From Bacteriovoracaceae bacterium (GTDB taxonomy: Bacteria; Bdellovibrionota; Bacteriovoracia; Bacteriovoracales; Bacteriovoracaceae): a stretch of DNA of 15,188 nucleotides. The DNA lies in the NCBI GenBank assembly GCA_049599895.1, contig JBMYPC010000075.1, positions 1 to 15,188 on the forward strand, in the 5' to 3' direction. The position numbers and the translations under genes were made by a program. Below, piece after piece: positions 1 to 7,899 of the stretch (position 1 is its first letter; every line of letters starts with the position of its first letter). The notes under the pieces are model-generated. The model was not told the origin of the DNA, did no database searches, and saw only the letters and a list, made by a program, of their open reading frames with translations.

Positions 1-4
1 ATCC

Positions 5-610
5 ATGACACTTTTTCGTTGTTCAGTATTAAAGAAAAGAAATTCAAATAAGTTTCTTGATACTCCTGATGAAGTTTATGCTGTAGGAGAAGTTCTTGAT
101 GAGATAGATTGGCCAGATCATTTTAAAAGAACTGGTGGGATCACTTCTCAGGGAGTAACGAGATTTGGCCCAAAGGGATATGATACCTGGCCACTATACG
201 CTAGTGAAAAAGATGATACTAGTTTTTATGAGTTTGCTTATTGGAAGCTCAAAGATTGGGAAAATGAGTTGGGGATGCAGACTAATGCAAGCCTTATTAG
301 ATTAGAATTTCATCCAGATAATAAACCAATTGATGTACAGGGCGAATCTAATAAAGCTCAAATACTAGATACTAAGACCTATGCTCATTCTCATCAATGG
401 ATTAAAAGCTTACCTAGTATTCCAGAGTCCGTTTCTTATTCTTCTGTGCGTGATCCGCAAGGCGGAGGAATCAACTTTGCTGTATATGAAGAAAGTGCAG
501 TTTCAAATTTTTCATTTTATCAATCAGTAACGATGATAATAAGAGACGAGTTCAATGTTGAAGTCATCTTTCCAAATAAAACTAAAGTTACTGTTACACC
601 AATAAAATAA
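5..610 (+). CDS. RES-domain protein (putative NAD+-consuming toxin family)
   Basis: 201-aa ORF with the RES motif order: 'TRF..G....LYASE...SFYE' (R, E) and 'YSSVRDPQGGGINFAVY' (S). Any cognate Xre/MbcA-type antitoxin would lie upstream, outside the window. Confidence 0.75.
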   Translation: MTLFRCSVLKKRNSNKFLDTPDEVYAVGEVLDEIDWPDHFKRTGGITSQGVTRFGPKGYDTWPLYASEKDDTSFYEFAYWKLKDWENELGMQTNASLIRLEFHPDNKPIDVQGESNKAQILDTKTYAHSHQWIKSLPSIPESVSYSSVRDPQGGGINFAVYEESAVSNFSFYQSVTMIIRDEFNVEVIFPNKTKVTVTPIK

Positions 611-625
611 GTATAAAGTTTTCAC

Positions 626-773
626 TGACGGATAACCGTCATCTTCCAACCGATGGTATTCACTTTAAAACTCTGAAATCCCCTTGGCTTGTGACGGAAA
701 GCCGTCACTTACTAAATTATTAAAATTAAAAAGAAGAGCTGATTTAAGCCTTTTTATTGTCGGGCATCCGACA
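626..773. promoter_or_regulatory. Three TGWCGG-N4-CCGWCA palindromes at exact 66-bp period (putative operators)
   Basis: TGACGG-ATAA-CCGTCA 626-641, TGACGG-AAAG-CCGTCA 692-707, TGTCGG-GCAT-CCGACA 758-773. Confidence 0.65.
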
Positions 774-827
774 GCGACTAGTTTTTCAATTATGAAATTT
801 TAACCATTTATACTCATCATATTTTGT

Positions 828-1139
828 GCCCTCGAGGATGTGAGCTATTTCTATAAGGAAGTAGAATGGATCGATACTCTCTTGGCCAATCCAAAAGTTC
901 ATATTGTGACGGCGGCAGGGAATAGTGGAGTGCAACTTCATGAAAATAATCAATGTAATGTCTATCTAGCTTGTCTTCGATTCAAGCTCTCAAAGAAAGA
1001 GAAGTTTCATATTGTAGGAAGTACAGATGGTAAATTCAATCAAGGAAAAGTTTTAACAGCCAGAAGACCATCAAGCTTTGGCCTTGAAAATGGGACGAGT
1101 ATTTCAGCTGCTAGATTCGCCTCGGAGCTGATAGACTAG
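828..1139 (+). pseudogene. 5'-truncated S8 subtilase-like gene (copy A), paralog of 8814-9470
   Basis: ALEDVSYFYKE...VTAAGNSG...CNVYLACL...NGTSISAARFASEL aligns with the C-terminal half of the 8814-9470 product. In-frame stop at 801-803; the N-terminal half carrying the HGT motif is absent. Confidence 0.8.
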
Positions 1140-1142
1140 AGC

Positions 1143-1322
1143 TAATCTTTTGAATTGAAGTGAGACCTTAGTCCTGAACCTGTCGGAAGAAGCCCGCCTA
1201 AAAAGGAAGAAGAGAGAGTAAGGAGGGGCTATGCTTTTACACTAAGCAAGTATTGTGAAAACCGCATGAAGTTTTTGATAGCGATTAGTAGAGTCAGTCT
1301 TTGTATGAGCTTCTTTGAAAGG
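1143..1322 (+). ncRNA. Candidate structured non-coding element (copy A)
   Basis: Shares ordered blocks TAATCTTT, CCTGAA, CGGAAGA, GAGAGAGTAAGG, GTGAAA-N-CCGCA, GCG-N-TTAGTAG, GTCAG, CTTTGT with 9468-9652; sequence-divergent hairpins lie between the blocks. Strand assumed from flanking genes. Confidence 0.5.
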
Positions 1323-1342
1323 AAAAAGTATGTAATACACAA

Positions 1343-1463
1343 ATGCCTGTGATCCTCAGATATAAAAATGTCAAAATATGTATTTTCCCTGATGATCATG
1401 GCCAAGTACCTCGAGCAAAGAGTCGAAATTTTACTGGAGGCTTGGAATGAATACCAAAACTAA
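1343..1463 (+). pseudogene. DUF4160-like putative toxin with frameshifting internal deletion
   Basis: Not in the ORF track. ATG 1343 reads MPVILRYKNVKICIFPDDHG (DUF4160-type start). Another frame reads KYLEQRVEILLEAWNEYQN* to TAA 1461-1463 (typical end), overlapping the antitoxin start. The middle of the domain is missing. Confidence 0.65.
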
Positions 1464-1719
1464 GAAAAAAGACATTGAATACGGAGACGTCGAAGTTGAT
1501 CTTCCTTCAACTTGGAACTCTAATGAGACGAAAGTTAGAATCACAACTTTTCTCGACGAAGACCTTCTCATCAAGATCAAAGAAGAGGCAAATGCTCAAG
1601 GGAAAAAATACCAGTCACTTCTTAATGAGAGATTGAGGGAAGTCTTTATGGGTGAGGAAGGCTTAGAGACACGGCTCAAGAAGCTTGAGGAAGAAGTTTT
1701 CAAAAAGAAAATGGCCTAG
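1447..1719 (+). CDS. BrnA/CopG-like ribbon-helix-helix antitoxin
   Basis: 'KVRITTFLDEDLLIKIKEEANAQGKKYQSLLNERLRE' fits the BrnA-family pattern; GGAGG RBS upstream. Confidence 0.8.
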   Translation: MNTKTKKKDIEYGDVEVDLPSTWNSNETKVRITTFLDEDLLIKIKEEANAQGKKYQSLLNERLREVFMGEEGLETRLKKLEEEVFKKKMA

Positions 1720-1738
1720 AGCTAGAAGGAATAAGCAA

Positions 1739-2098
1739 ATGGAATTGGCTGTCGATAGGTTTGAACTTTCATTGAAGAAAAAATGGGTTATCAGGTTTGC
1801 TGCTTTAACAAGTCTCATCCTTTGCACAATCTCTCTTAAAGAATTTGGTGAACCTCGTCCTTATTACCTTAGTATTGCCGCAGGATTCATCAACTCGTTA
1901 TTTTTGAATGCATCAATCATCTTTTGCGCTTTTAAAATTCCAAGAGGGAAGTTGAGATATCTAATGGCCCTTGGGGTTTTTCTCTCAGGCCTAGGAGTAT
2001 TTATTATTATTGCCTATGGATGGACAGTCGCAACTATTGCACTGGTCTTTCATTTATGGCTTGTCTATGAGCTTCTTTCACAAAAGAGCTTCAAGTGA
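1739..2098 (+). CDS. Small ~4-TM membrane protein (copy A)
   Basis: Start moved to ATG 1739 (AAGGA upstream) by alignment with 10378-10740 (MEL......KKKW.IRFA ... FHLWL.YELLSQK); four hydrophobic stretches. Confidence 0.8.
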   Translation: MELAVDRFELSLKKKWVIRFAALTSLILCTISLKEFGEPRPYYLSIAAGFINSLFLNASIIFCAFKIPRGKLRYLMALGVFLSGLGVFIIIAYGWTVATIALVFHLWLVYELLSQKSFK

Positions 2099-2340
2099 CA
2101 AGTTTTTGGAGACCAGATTTACTTGCCAAAGAAGCTCGTGACGAAGCCTATGAGTATTTTGACAAAAATATTCGTCCACTTCCTAAAAAATCAGATGGAA
2201 CGATTGATATCGCTGCGTTTGGGTTAGAAAACAATGATATTGATGCTTTTAGGCATGCTCACGTTAGTGGAGTTTTTACTATAGTCTATAGCGAATCAAC
2301 GGCAGATATTTTTGGTCGTCTCAATGAGTATTCTCCTTTT
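2095..2340 (+). pseudogene. 3'-truncated DUF6973-like protein (copy A)
   Basis: 65 of the first 79 aa identical to the 10737-11396 product by manual count, including DAFRHAH. Homology stops after RLNEY; the ORF runs on to a stop at 2364 in unrelated sequence. Confidence 0.85.
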
Positions 2341-2345
2341 TCTTC

Positions 2346-2492
2346 CAGTCAATTAGAAAGATAGTGAAAATGAGATTAAAAAATATAGGAATTGAAACAA
2401 GTCGATTAACTTGTCACTCTATGAGACATACTGCTGTAACCCTTAGTCTCTTAGGAGGGAGCGGACTTCAAGAAACAAAAGAACTCGCGCGC
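2346..2492 (+). pseudogene. Internal fragment of a tyrosine recombinase/integrase
   Basis: Not in the ORF track. Reads QSIRKIVKMRLKNIGIETSRLTCHSMRHTAVTLSLLGGSGLQETKELAR: the H-x-x-R box II motif, ending just before the expected H and catalytic Y. Confidence 0.8.
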
Positions 2493-3039
2493 TGGAAAAT
2501 GGATTTTTACAAGCGGAACACTCACCATTGAGAGGGCCTACTTTTTTATCTTTTTCACAGATGCCAACCCCTACGTTTCCATGCAGAAATAGGAGGTCAG
2601 GCATATTTTCTTCGCTTAAATATCCGTTGCGTCTATATGCCTGGATTAAGAATGAGTCCCAATTAAAAGTAGCGATAGTGTCTTTTGCTCTAAGCGAACA
2701 AACTAGGTAGTCATAGATTGTGACTACATCAGGAAGTCTTAATTCTGAAAAGTAATTAAAGATAGCATCTTCCATCTCTCTGCATAGATCAGAATATTTT
2801 TTTTGGGAGTAGAGACTAGAAAAAAGACTCTCAAATCCAATCCCATCATACTTTATAGAATACTTATCAAGAATTGAGGTCATACCTACCGTCTTAACGA
2901 AATGCTCATCCATTAGTGGAAGATGGCGATTGTTAGAATCACCATTAGGACATGCCGCTTTACTGGCCCCTGCACCTAAAACAACTAGATGGGGGGCATG
3001 GAGTATATTGAGTTTTCGGTCGTATGGTGGAAGTTTCAT
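2493..3039 (-). pseudogene. 3'-truncated SIR2-like (SIR2_2) protein
   Basis: Motifs VVLGAGAS, TFNWD, LHGNV followed by a Cys cluster. After CSACKNPFS the ORF reads into the antisense of the integrase fragment and stops at 2443. Confidence 0.75.
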
Positions 3040-3088
3040 AGGTCTAACTTAACAAACCTTCCCATTTTTGGGAAATTCTTAAATAGAT

Positions 3089-3131
3089 CCACTCTATAAA
3101 AGTCTAATTATTTTAGATGCTTATAGAGTGG
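3089..3131. repeat. Inverted repeat in the divergent intergenic region
   Basis: CCACTCTATAA (3089-3099) / TTATAGAGTGG (3121-3131) with inner TCTAA/TTAGA pairing. Confidence 0.6.
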
Positions 3132-3152
3132 CAAAAGCCTCTGAACTAGAAA

Positions 3153-3230
3153 TTACGCAAGTTTGAGTAATTCCTTGATTTCTTACGCAGTTTTGCGTAA
3201 TATTGAAATATGTTACGCAACTTTGCGTAA
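3153..3230. promoter_or_regulatory. Three TTACGCA-N4-TGCGTAA palindromes at exact 30-bp period
   Basis: 3153-3170 (one mismatch, TGAGTAA), 3183-3200, 3213-3230; directly upstream of the ATPase start. Confidence 0.75.
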
Positions 3231-3252
3231 ACTAAAAATGGATAGGAATAGC

Positions 3253-4488
3253 ATGGCAAGAGTAAAAAACCCCTTTATCACCGATTCAATAGTTGACGGA
3301 GAAGACTATTGTTCAAGGCAAGTATTGGAAGAAAGGATTTTGACCAAGCTAGAAAGTGGGCACAAGTTGGCTTTAATTGGAGATCGGAGAATTGGTAAAT
3401 CATCCACTGCTCACTATGTAATCGACAATATGAAAGGCACTTATAAAGTTGATGTTGACCTCTATCATGTTGCTGATGCCGCCGATATAGCTGAGGCAAT
3501 AATTGATGCCTGTAAAAAAGTCTTGGATGAAGTATGGGATTCCAAAAAGGTCTTAGACATGGCCAAAAGTGTGAAGCCTAAGTTGGAAGTAGCACCAGAT
3601 GGATTTTCTCTAGGGTTTGACACTAGGCCAAAAGAGTTTAGAAAAACTCTTAACATTGCTTTTGAGTTTTTAGATGAAACTATCAAACGAACAAAAAGAA
3701 AAATAGTTATCTTATTTGATGAGTTTCAGGCAATCAAAGAAGTTAAAGATGGTGATGCAATACTTAAATATATGAGGGGGAAAATCCAAAAGTTGAATAG
3801 AATACCCATCATGTACGTTGGGAGTATTAGGCATGAAATGGACAGCATATTTAGAGATCAAAGCTCTCCATTTTTTAAGCAAACAGAGATTATCTACTTT
3901 GAACATATAGAGAAAGATATTTTCTATCAATTTGTTTCTAAGAAGTTTCAGAAAAAGAAAATAACCATTAAGGAAGTAGTCTATGGGCATCTCTATGAAA
4001 TATGCTATGGAATTACTGGTGATATTCAGCAGTTTTGTAGAGTAGCTTTCGATAGTTTAAAGGAAAATACAACAATAGATTTTGATACCTTCTTTTATGT
4101 AATGGAAATTATCTACAAAAATGAGTTTAAATACTTTCAAGCAACGATTGAGGGAAAAGAACTCACAAAAGTTCAACAAAACTTTTTACTTCAAATAGCA
4201 AATGCTCAACACCAAGAAGGAACTAAACTGTTTGGCCAAGAAATCCAAAAAGCTTCTGGTGTTAAAAGTCCTGGCACACTTAGAAATGCTATGATTGCCC
4301 TAGAGAAAAAGGGTCATATCTATAAAAGTGAAGACAGATATTGTTTTTCAAACCCTTTCTTTAAAGAATGGCTTTTGGATTACAAGTTGGTAATTCGAGC
4401 AACAGCCGGAAACTTGGTTGCCGGAGGAGCTATCGCTGGCACTAGGCTTGATTTTGGGCATAGAGAGAGGATAAAAAAACAGCAATAA
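3253..4488 (+). CDS. AAA+/archaeal-type P-loop ATPase with probable C-terminal winged helix
   Basis: NPF N-terminal motif, Walker A GDRRIGKSS, Walker B ILFDEFQ, YVGS, C-terminal 'ALEKKGHI...Y.FSNPFFKEWL'. ATG 3253 with AGGA upstream preferred over the TTG at 3163. Confidence 0.85.
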   Translation: MARVKNPFITDSIVDGEDYCSRQVLEERILTKLESGHKLALIGDRRIGKSSTAHYVIDNMKGTYKVDVDLYHVADAADIAEAIIDACKKVLDEVWDSKKVLDMAKSVKPKLEVAPDGFSLGFDTRPKEFRKTLNIAFEFLDETIKRTKRKIVILFDEFQAIKEVKDGDAILKYMRGKIQKLNRIPIMYVGSIRHEMDSIFRDQSSPFFKQTEIIYFEHIEKDIFYQFVSKKFQKKKITIKEVVYGHLYEICYGITGDIQQFCRVAFDSLKENTTIDFDTFFYVMEIIYKNEFKYFQATIEGKELTKVQQNFLLQIANAQHQEGTKLFGQEIQKASGVKSPGTLRNAMIALEKKGHIYKSEDRYCFSNPFFKEWLLDYKLVIRATAGNLVAGGAIAGTRLDFGHRERIKKQQ

Positions 4489-4505
4489 AAACAAAGAAGA
4501 TATGG

Positions 4506-4593
4506 ATGACCTCCTTCCCAAACTCGAGTGCTGGTTAACTCATGCAAAAGGTGATTTGATCACGCAGTTACAAACGGGATTTAAGGAGGCCAT
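4506..4593 (+). ncRNA. Structured IS110 left non-coding end (bridge-RNA-like segment; RBS-sequestering stem)
   Basis: ATGACCTCCTT 4506-4516 pairs with AAGGAGGCCAT 4583-4593; inner TAACT/AGTTA and GTGAT-TTG-ATCAC stems flank internal loops; lies directly before an IS110-type N-terminus. Confidence 0.45.
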
Positions 4594-4595
4594 TA

Positions 4596-4742
4596 ATGGG
4601 AAAAATAATGTATTTTGCAGTGGATGTCGATGATAAAAACTTTCATGCTTGTGGAATTAGCGAGGGAGCTAAGTCATCAGAAACTATATTAAAGTTTAAA
4701 ACTCGTCCAAATGCTGGAGCTTTAGCTAAAAAGTTAAAAGAA
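4596..4742 (+). mobile_element. IS110-family recombinase N-terminal fragment
   Basis: MGKIMYFAVDVDDKNFHAC...FKTRPNAGALAKKL resembles the start of the DEDD RuvC-like domain; strong AAGGAGG RBS. Confidence 0.6.
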
Positions 4743-5532
4743 GCTGATATTACAAATGTTAGTACTTTTGATATGGGTGAAGACGAGATCATTGAATTTT
4801 ACCGGCAAAGAGCAACAGCAGAGAACTATATTCGGGAACAGAAGTACGGGTTTGATTTTCTTAATTTTCCCTGTCAAAAGCTGAGAGCGAATCAAGTATT
4901 TGGGCAAGCAGGGAGCATTACTCACAACCTTATACGCGCGTTGAGTTTTATGATGAAGCAGAAAGTAAAAAAAGTTAAGGGGAAAGATGGAAAGCGACGA
5001 GTAGTCACCCAGCTTGGATATTTTTCAAAAAAAGTAAGAAGTGAACTGATAAAAATTGCTGGCAAAGTTGTCAGCAGTGCTCGCAAAATCAAACTGCGAC
5101 TGAGTCGCCACAACTGGGAGGTGTTTGAAAAGATGATGTTAAAAATCAACGAAACTAAGCAAAGGTACGTTCCGTACAAAACCTTGAGCGAGCTCTTTAA
5201 CAATAGAATATTGGAACGACCAACTTAGCTACCGTCTCCAAGGTAGACGCCACCTAAAGAGCGTCTTTGAGAGGTAATTTTCAACTCTCGAGAAGAAATA
5301 ATTTTGAAAATAGGAGGAGATAAAAAGTTATGAAAAATAACTGACGGACAGGTTTGTAAAAAGCTGAGATTGAATAACGACTTTGGTGACAAAGCACGAC
5401 GATGAAAAAGTAGAGAAGAGTTTTTTATAGATTTTTGAAGTGAGTATGGCGAAATTGGGCGCACGTATCCGTACCTGTTTAACGCCAATCGGTTGTGACG
5501 TATGTTGCATGCTGGCTATTCGCGGATTTGAG
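4743..5532 (+). mobile_element. IS1380-family transposase C-terminal fragment (stop 5228) and probable right end
   Basis: 'ITN...IIEFYRQRATAENYIREQKYGF...FPCQKLRANQ...HNL...LIKIAGKVVSSARKIKLRL' is the IS1380 C-terminal signature. The right boundary (…CGCGGATTTGAG 5532) is a guess. Confidence 0.75.
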
Positions 5533-5625
5533 TTTTAGACTTAACACTTCAAAAAGACTAGGCTTTGTTGTCCGTCTTAAGTTGGTTACACCTCACAATA
5601 TGATTAAGAAGTCATCACTTTGATG

Positions 5626-5680
5626 TTGTCGGCAAATTATCGGCAATTGCCGTGATTTTGCGTGATTTCTAGTGATGTTT
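5626..5680. repeat. Integrase arm-type-like and 10-bp periodic repeats
   Basis: TTGTCGGCAAA / TTATCGGCAAT tandem (5626-5647), CGGCAATTGCCG palindrome (5641-5652), GTGAT at 5652, 5662, 5672. Confidence 0.5.
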
Positions 5681-5719
5681 GAAAGATGAACTGAACGTAA
5701 CTACTGGATACCTTTAGTT

Positions 5720-5757
5720 AAAAAAAACGGAAACTTATAAAGTTTCCGTTTTTTTTT
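5720..5757. terminator. Bidirectional rho-independent terminator
   Basis: A8-CGGAAACTT-ATA-AAGTTTCCG-T9. Confidence 0.8.
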
Positions 5758-5764
5758 GCTTTCT

Positions 5765-5794
5765 AAAATGGCGGGAGCGGAAAGCGACGAACCC
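5765..5794 (-). other. tRNA-3'-end-like remnant / putative att core (copy 1)
   Basis: Minus strand GGGTTCG-N8-CGCTCCCGCCA has T-arm-to-CCA spacing like a tRNA-Asp 3' end and is followed by the terminator. AAAATGGCGGGAGC (5765-5778) recurs exactly at 13662-13675. Confidence 0.5.
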
Positions 5795-5939
5795 TAGCGT
5801 CAAAGTGCGTAGAAAACGATCAATGTCAGGGGAAAATCTGAACTCTCAAACTAAAAGATTAGGGTAGGGCCTGTTTTTCTTCTTGTTGCGGCGGGACAAA
5901 ACTCTAATGCGATGATAGGCTTCTTGAAAGGAAGCTAGA

Positions 5940-6974
5940 ATGGAACTGTTAAAACCACATAAACTAAACAAGGGCGACACAATAGGAGTTTTCACTCCCT
6001 CTTCTCCTGCCTACAAAGCAAATGAAGAGCTTTTCACTAACGGAGTCAAAAACATTGAAAGGCTTGGCTTCAAAGTAAAGCTAGGTTCTTTGACTAAAGA
6101 AAGATCAAGCCAGGGGTACAGGTCAGGAACGCCAAAAGAACGAGTCGAAGAGTTCATGGACCTCATTCGAGATGATAGTGTGAAGGCCCTCATTTCAACG
6201 ATAGGTGGAATGAACTCTAACAGTATGATTCCCTTTCTTGACTTTGATTTGATTCGAAAAAAAAGAAAAATCATTTGTGGTTACAGCGATGTGACTTCTC
6301 TTCATCTTTCAATCCTAAAGTACTCTGGACTCAAAACTCTCTACGGCCCAGCAATAATGACCTGGTTCGGGGAATATCCAAATGGAATTGAAGAAAGCAT
6401 CAGCTCATTTCTCATGGCCACTACGAACTCCTCGGATAACGAAAGAGAATTTCTACCGTTTCCTAGATGGAGTAACCATTTCAGGGATTGGTCTAATGGA
6501 GACTGGAAAAACATTCCGAGAGAATGGAAAGAAAATAAAGGCTGGAAAGTTCTCAATGCAGGAAGTGTCACTGGAGAAATTGTTGTTGCAAACCTAAACA
6601 CGTTGATGAGTTCTGCTGGAACAGACTACTTTCCTAATATCGAGGGTAAGATTCTTTTGATTGAAGAAATGTCTGCTCCTTGGTCCAAAGAAGAAAGAAG
6701 TCTTCGACAGCTCCAGCTGATGGGAGTTTTTGATAAGATTTCCGGGCTCATAATGGGGAAACCTGAAATGCCAAACGACGAAGGTGCTCCATTTGGACTG
6801 AACGAGCTTTTGATGGAAGTTGTTGGTGTGAGAACATATCCAATAGTTTCAGAATTTGACTGTTCACATACAATTCCAATGCACACGATAGGAATGCGTT
6901 CCAAGGTTAGTCTGGAAGCAAGCTCAGACTATGATGTAAAATTTAAAGCCTTGGAGTCCTTTGTTGAAAATTAA
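5940..6974 (+). CDS. S66 family LD-carboxypeptidase / MccF-like peptidase
   Basis: LNKGDTIGVFTPSS, STIGG, GYSD (catalytic Ser), LLIEE (Glu), FDCSHT (His); intact 344 aa. Confidence 0.93.
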   Translation: MELLKPHKLNKGDTIGVFTPSSPAYKANEELFTNGVKNIERLGFKVKLGSLTKERSSQGYRSGTPKERVEEFMDLIRDDSVKALISTIGGMNSNSMIPFLDFDLIRKKRKIICGYSDVTSLHLSILKYSGLKTLYGPAIMTWFGEYPNGIEESISSFLMATTNSSDNEREFLPFPRWSNHFRDWSNGDWKNIPREWKENKGWKVLNAGSVTGEIVVANLNTLMSSAGTDYFPNIEGKILLIEEMSAPWSKEERSLRQLQLMGVFDKISGLIMGKPEMPNDEGAPFGLNELLMEVVGVRTYPIVSEFDCSHTIPMHTIGMRSKVSLEASSDYDVKFKALESFVEN

Positions 6975-7081
6975 AAGAGATTGATTTTTCTCAAAACTGA
7001 CAAATTCCTCGCAAAAACTTTGGGCCTTTTTTCCTGAAGCTGGTAATTATTTTTTATTACGAACAGCAAACAGGAAAAATA

Positions 7082-7483
7082 ATGGCCAAGCTCACCTACA
7101 ATCTTGAGAGACTCGAGAAGTGCATCTTCTCTCTCTACGATGACATCAAAACAGCAGATGACATTCTGAAAACTTGGGACATTGACGAGAGTGGAATTGA
7201 GAAAGCTTGGGAAGAACTCACCGTAGGAAAAGTTCTCATTGGTGGCTCTCCTCTGAGTAGAATCCGATTGCTGGATTGTTGGAAGTGGGAGCACATTGTG
7301 GACCCGCCTCTTGATGACGAGTACCAACCCTTATGGGAGGAAGCACAAGACTGCAAGGAGATCATCGACAGGGGTGATGACCTCTGCTCTCTCCTTCTCA
7401 TTTTTGCCATAGAAGGTGGCGACCCATCTCAGTTCATTGTCGATGATGAGAGCTTGCGACCTGAGTTTTTGAGGAATGGATGA
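7082..7483 (+). CDS. Acidic hypothetical protein
   Basis: 133-aa ORF, CAGGA upstream, first gene of a co-directional cluster; no recognised motif. Confidence 0.7.
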   Translation: MAKLTYNLERLEKCIFSLYDDIKTADDILKTWDIDESGIEKAWEELTVGKVLIGGSPLSRIRLLDCWKWEHIVDPPLDDEYQPLWEEAQDCKEIIDRGDDLCSLLLIFAIEGGDPSQFIVDDESLRPEFLRNG

Positions 7484-7575
7484 ACTCTCAGTCAAAGAAA
7501 GAGAAGTCTCGGATTTTTGGCGGAGGTCTCAGCTTCACCATTAGGCTCCCTCGTTTACCCTTCGATGAGAAGACT

Positions 7576-7899
7576 ATGGAAGATGATTTTGATTTTGGAA
7601 AGAACCTCGAGAAATTGATTCTCGCCAACTATTCAAGCATTGCTAGTTTTGCAAGAGACATCAATCTCAACGCCAAGACAGTGCAAGAATGGTGTGGTGG
7701 TGGGGCTAGGTTTCCCTCCAAACCAGAATATCTTCGTGTGATGGCAGAAGCCTTGAGAGTGACAGTTCACGAGTTGATGTTTGGCTGCCTCGACAAGAAT
7801 GAACCACTTGGCTCCGCTCTTGAAAAAACAGAAATCCACACAGGGCTGTATGAAATCACCATCAAGAAAGTGGATGTCAAAGACAGGGGGGAAAAATGA
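7576..7899 (+). CDS. Cro/C1-type HTH transcriptional regulator
   Basis: 'FGKNLEKL...SIASFARDINLNAKTVQEWC.G...P...LRVMAEALRVTVHELMFG'. ATG 7576 preferred; the overlapping ATG 7480 is possible. Confidence 0.8.
   Translation: MEDDFDFGKNLEKLILANYSSIASFARDINLNAKTVQEWCGGGARFPSKPEYLRVMAEALRVTVHELMFGCLDKNEPLGSALEKTEIHTGLYEITIKKVDVKDRGEK

Noticed and set aside
621..790. CRISPR array suggested by the 66-bp period
   Set aside because: Only a 16-bp palindrome with variable centre is conserved, there are three units, flanks differ, and no cas genes are visible.
1143..1322. Retron msr-msd identity for the conserved element
   Set aside because: No reverse transcriptase in the window and no clear long a1/a2 inverted repeats conserved in both copies.
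1685..1738. Basic N-terminal extension of the membrane protein
   Set aside because: Overlaps the antitoxin; the paralog begins at the Met equivalent to 1739.
3163..3252. N-terminal extension of the ATPase from TTG 3163
   Set aside because: It runs through the operator repeats; ATG 3253 has an RBS and precedes the family's NPF motif.
5769..5845. Complete tRNA gene on the minus strand
   Set aside because: Only the GGTTCG...CCA end resembles a tRNA; no acceptor-stem partner, D arm or anticodon arm can be formed.
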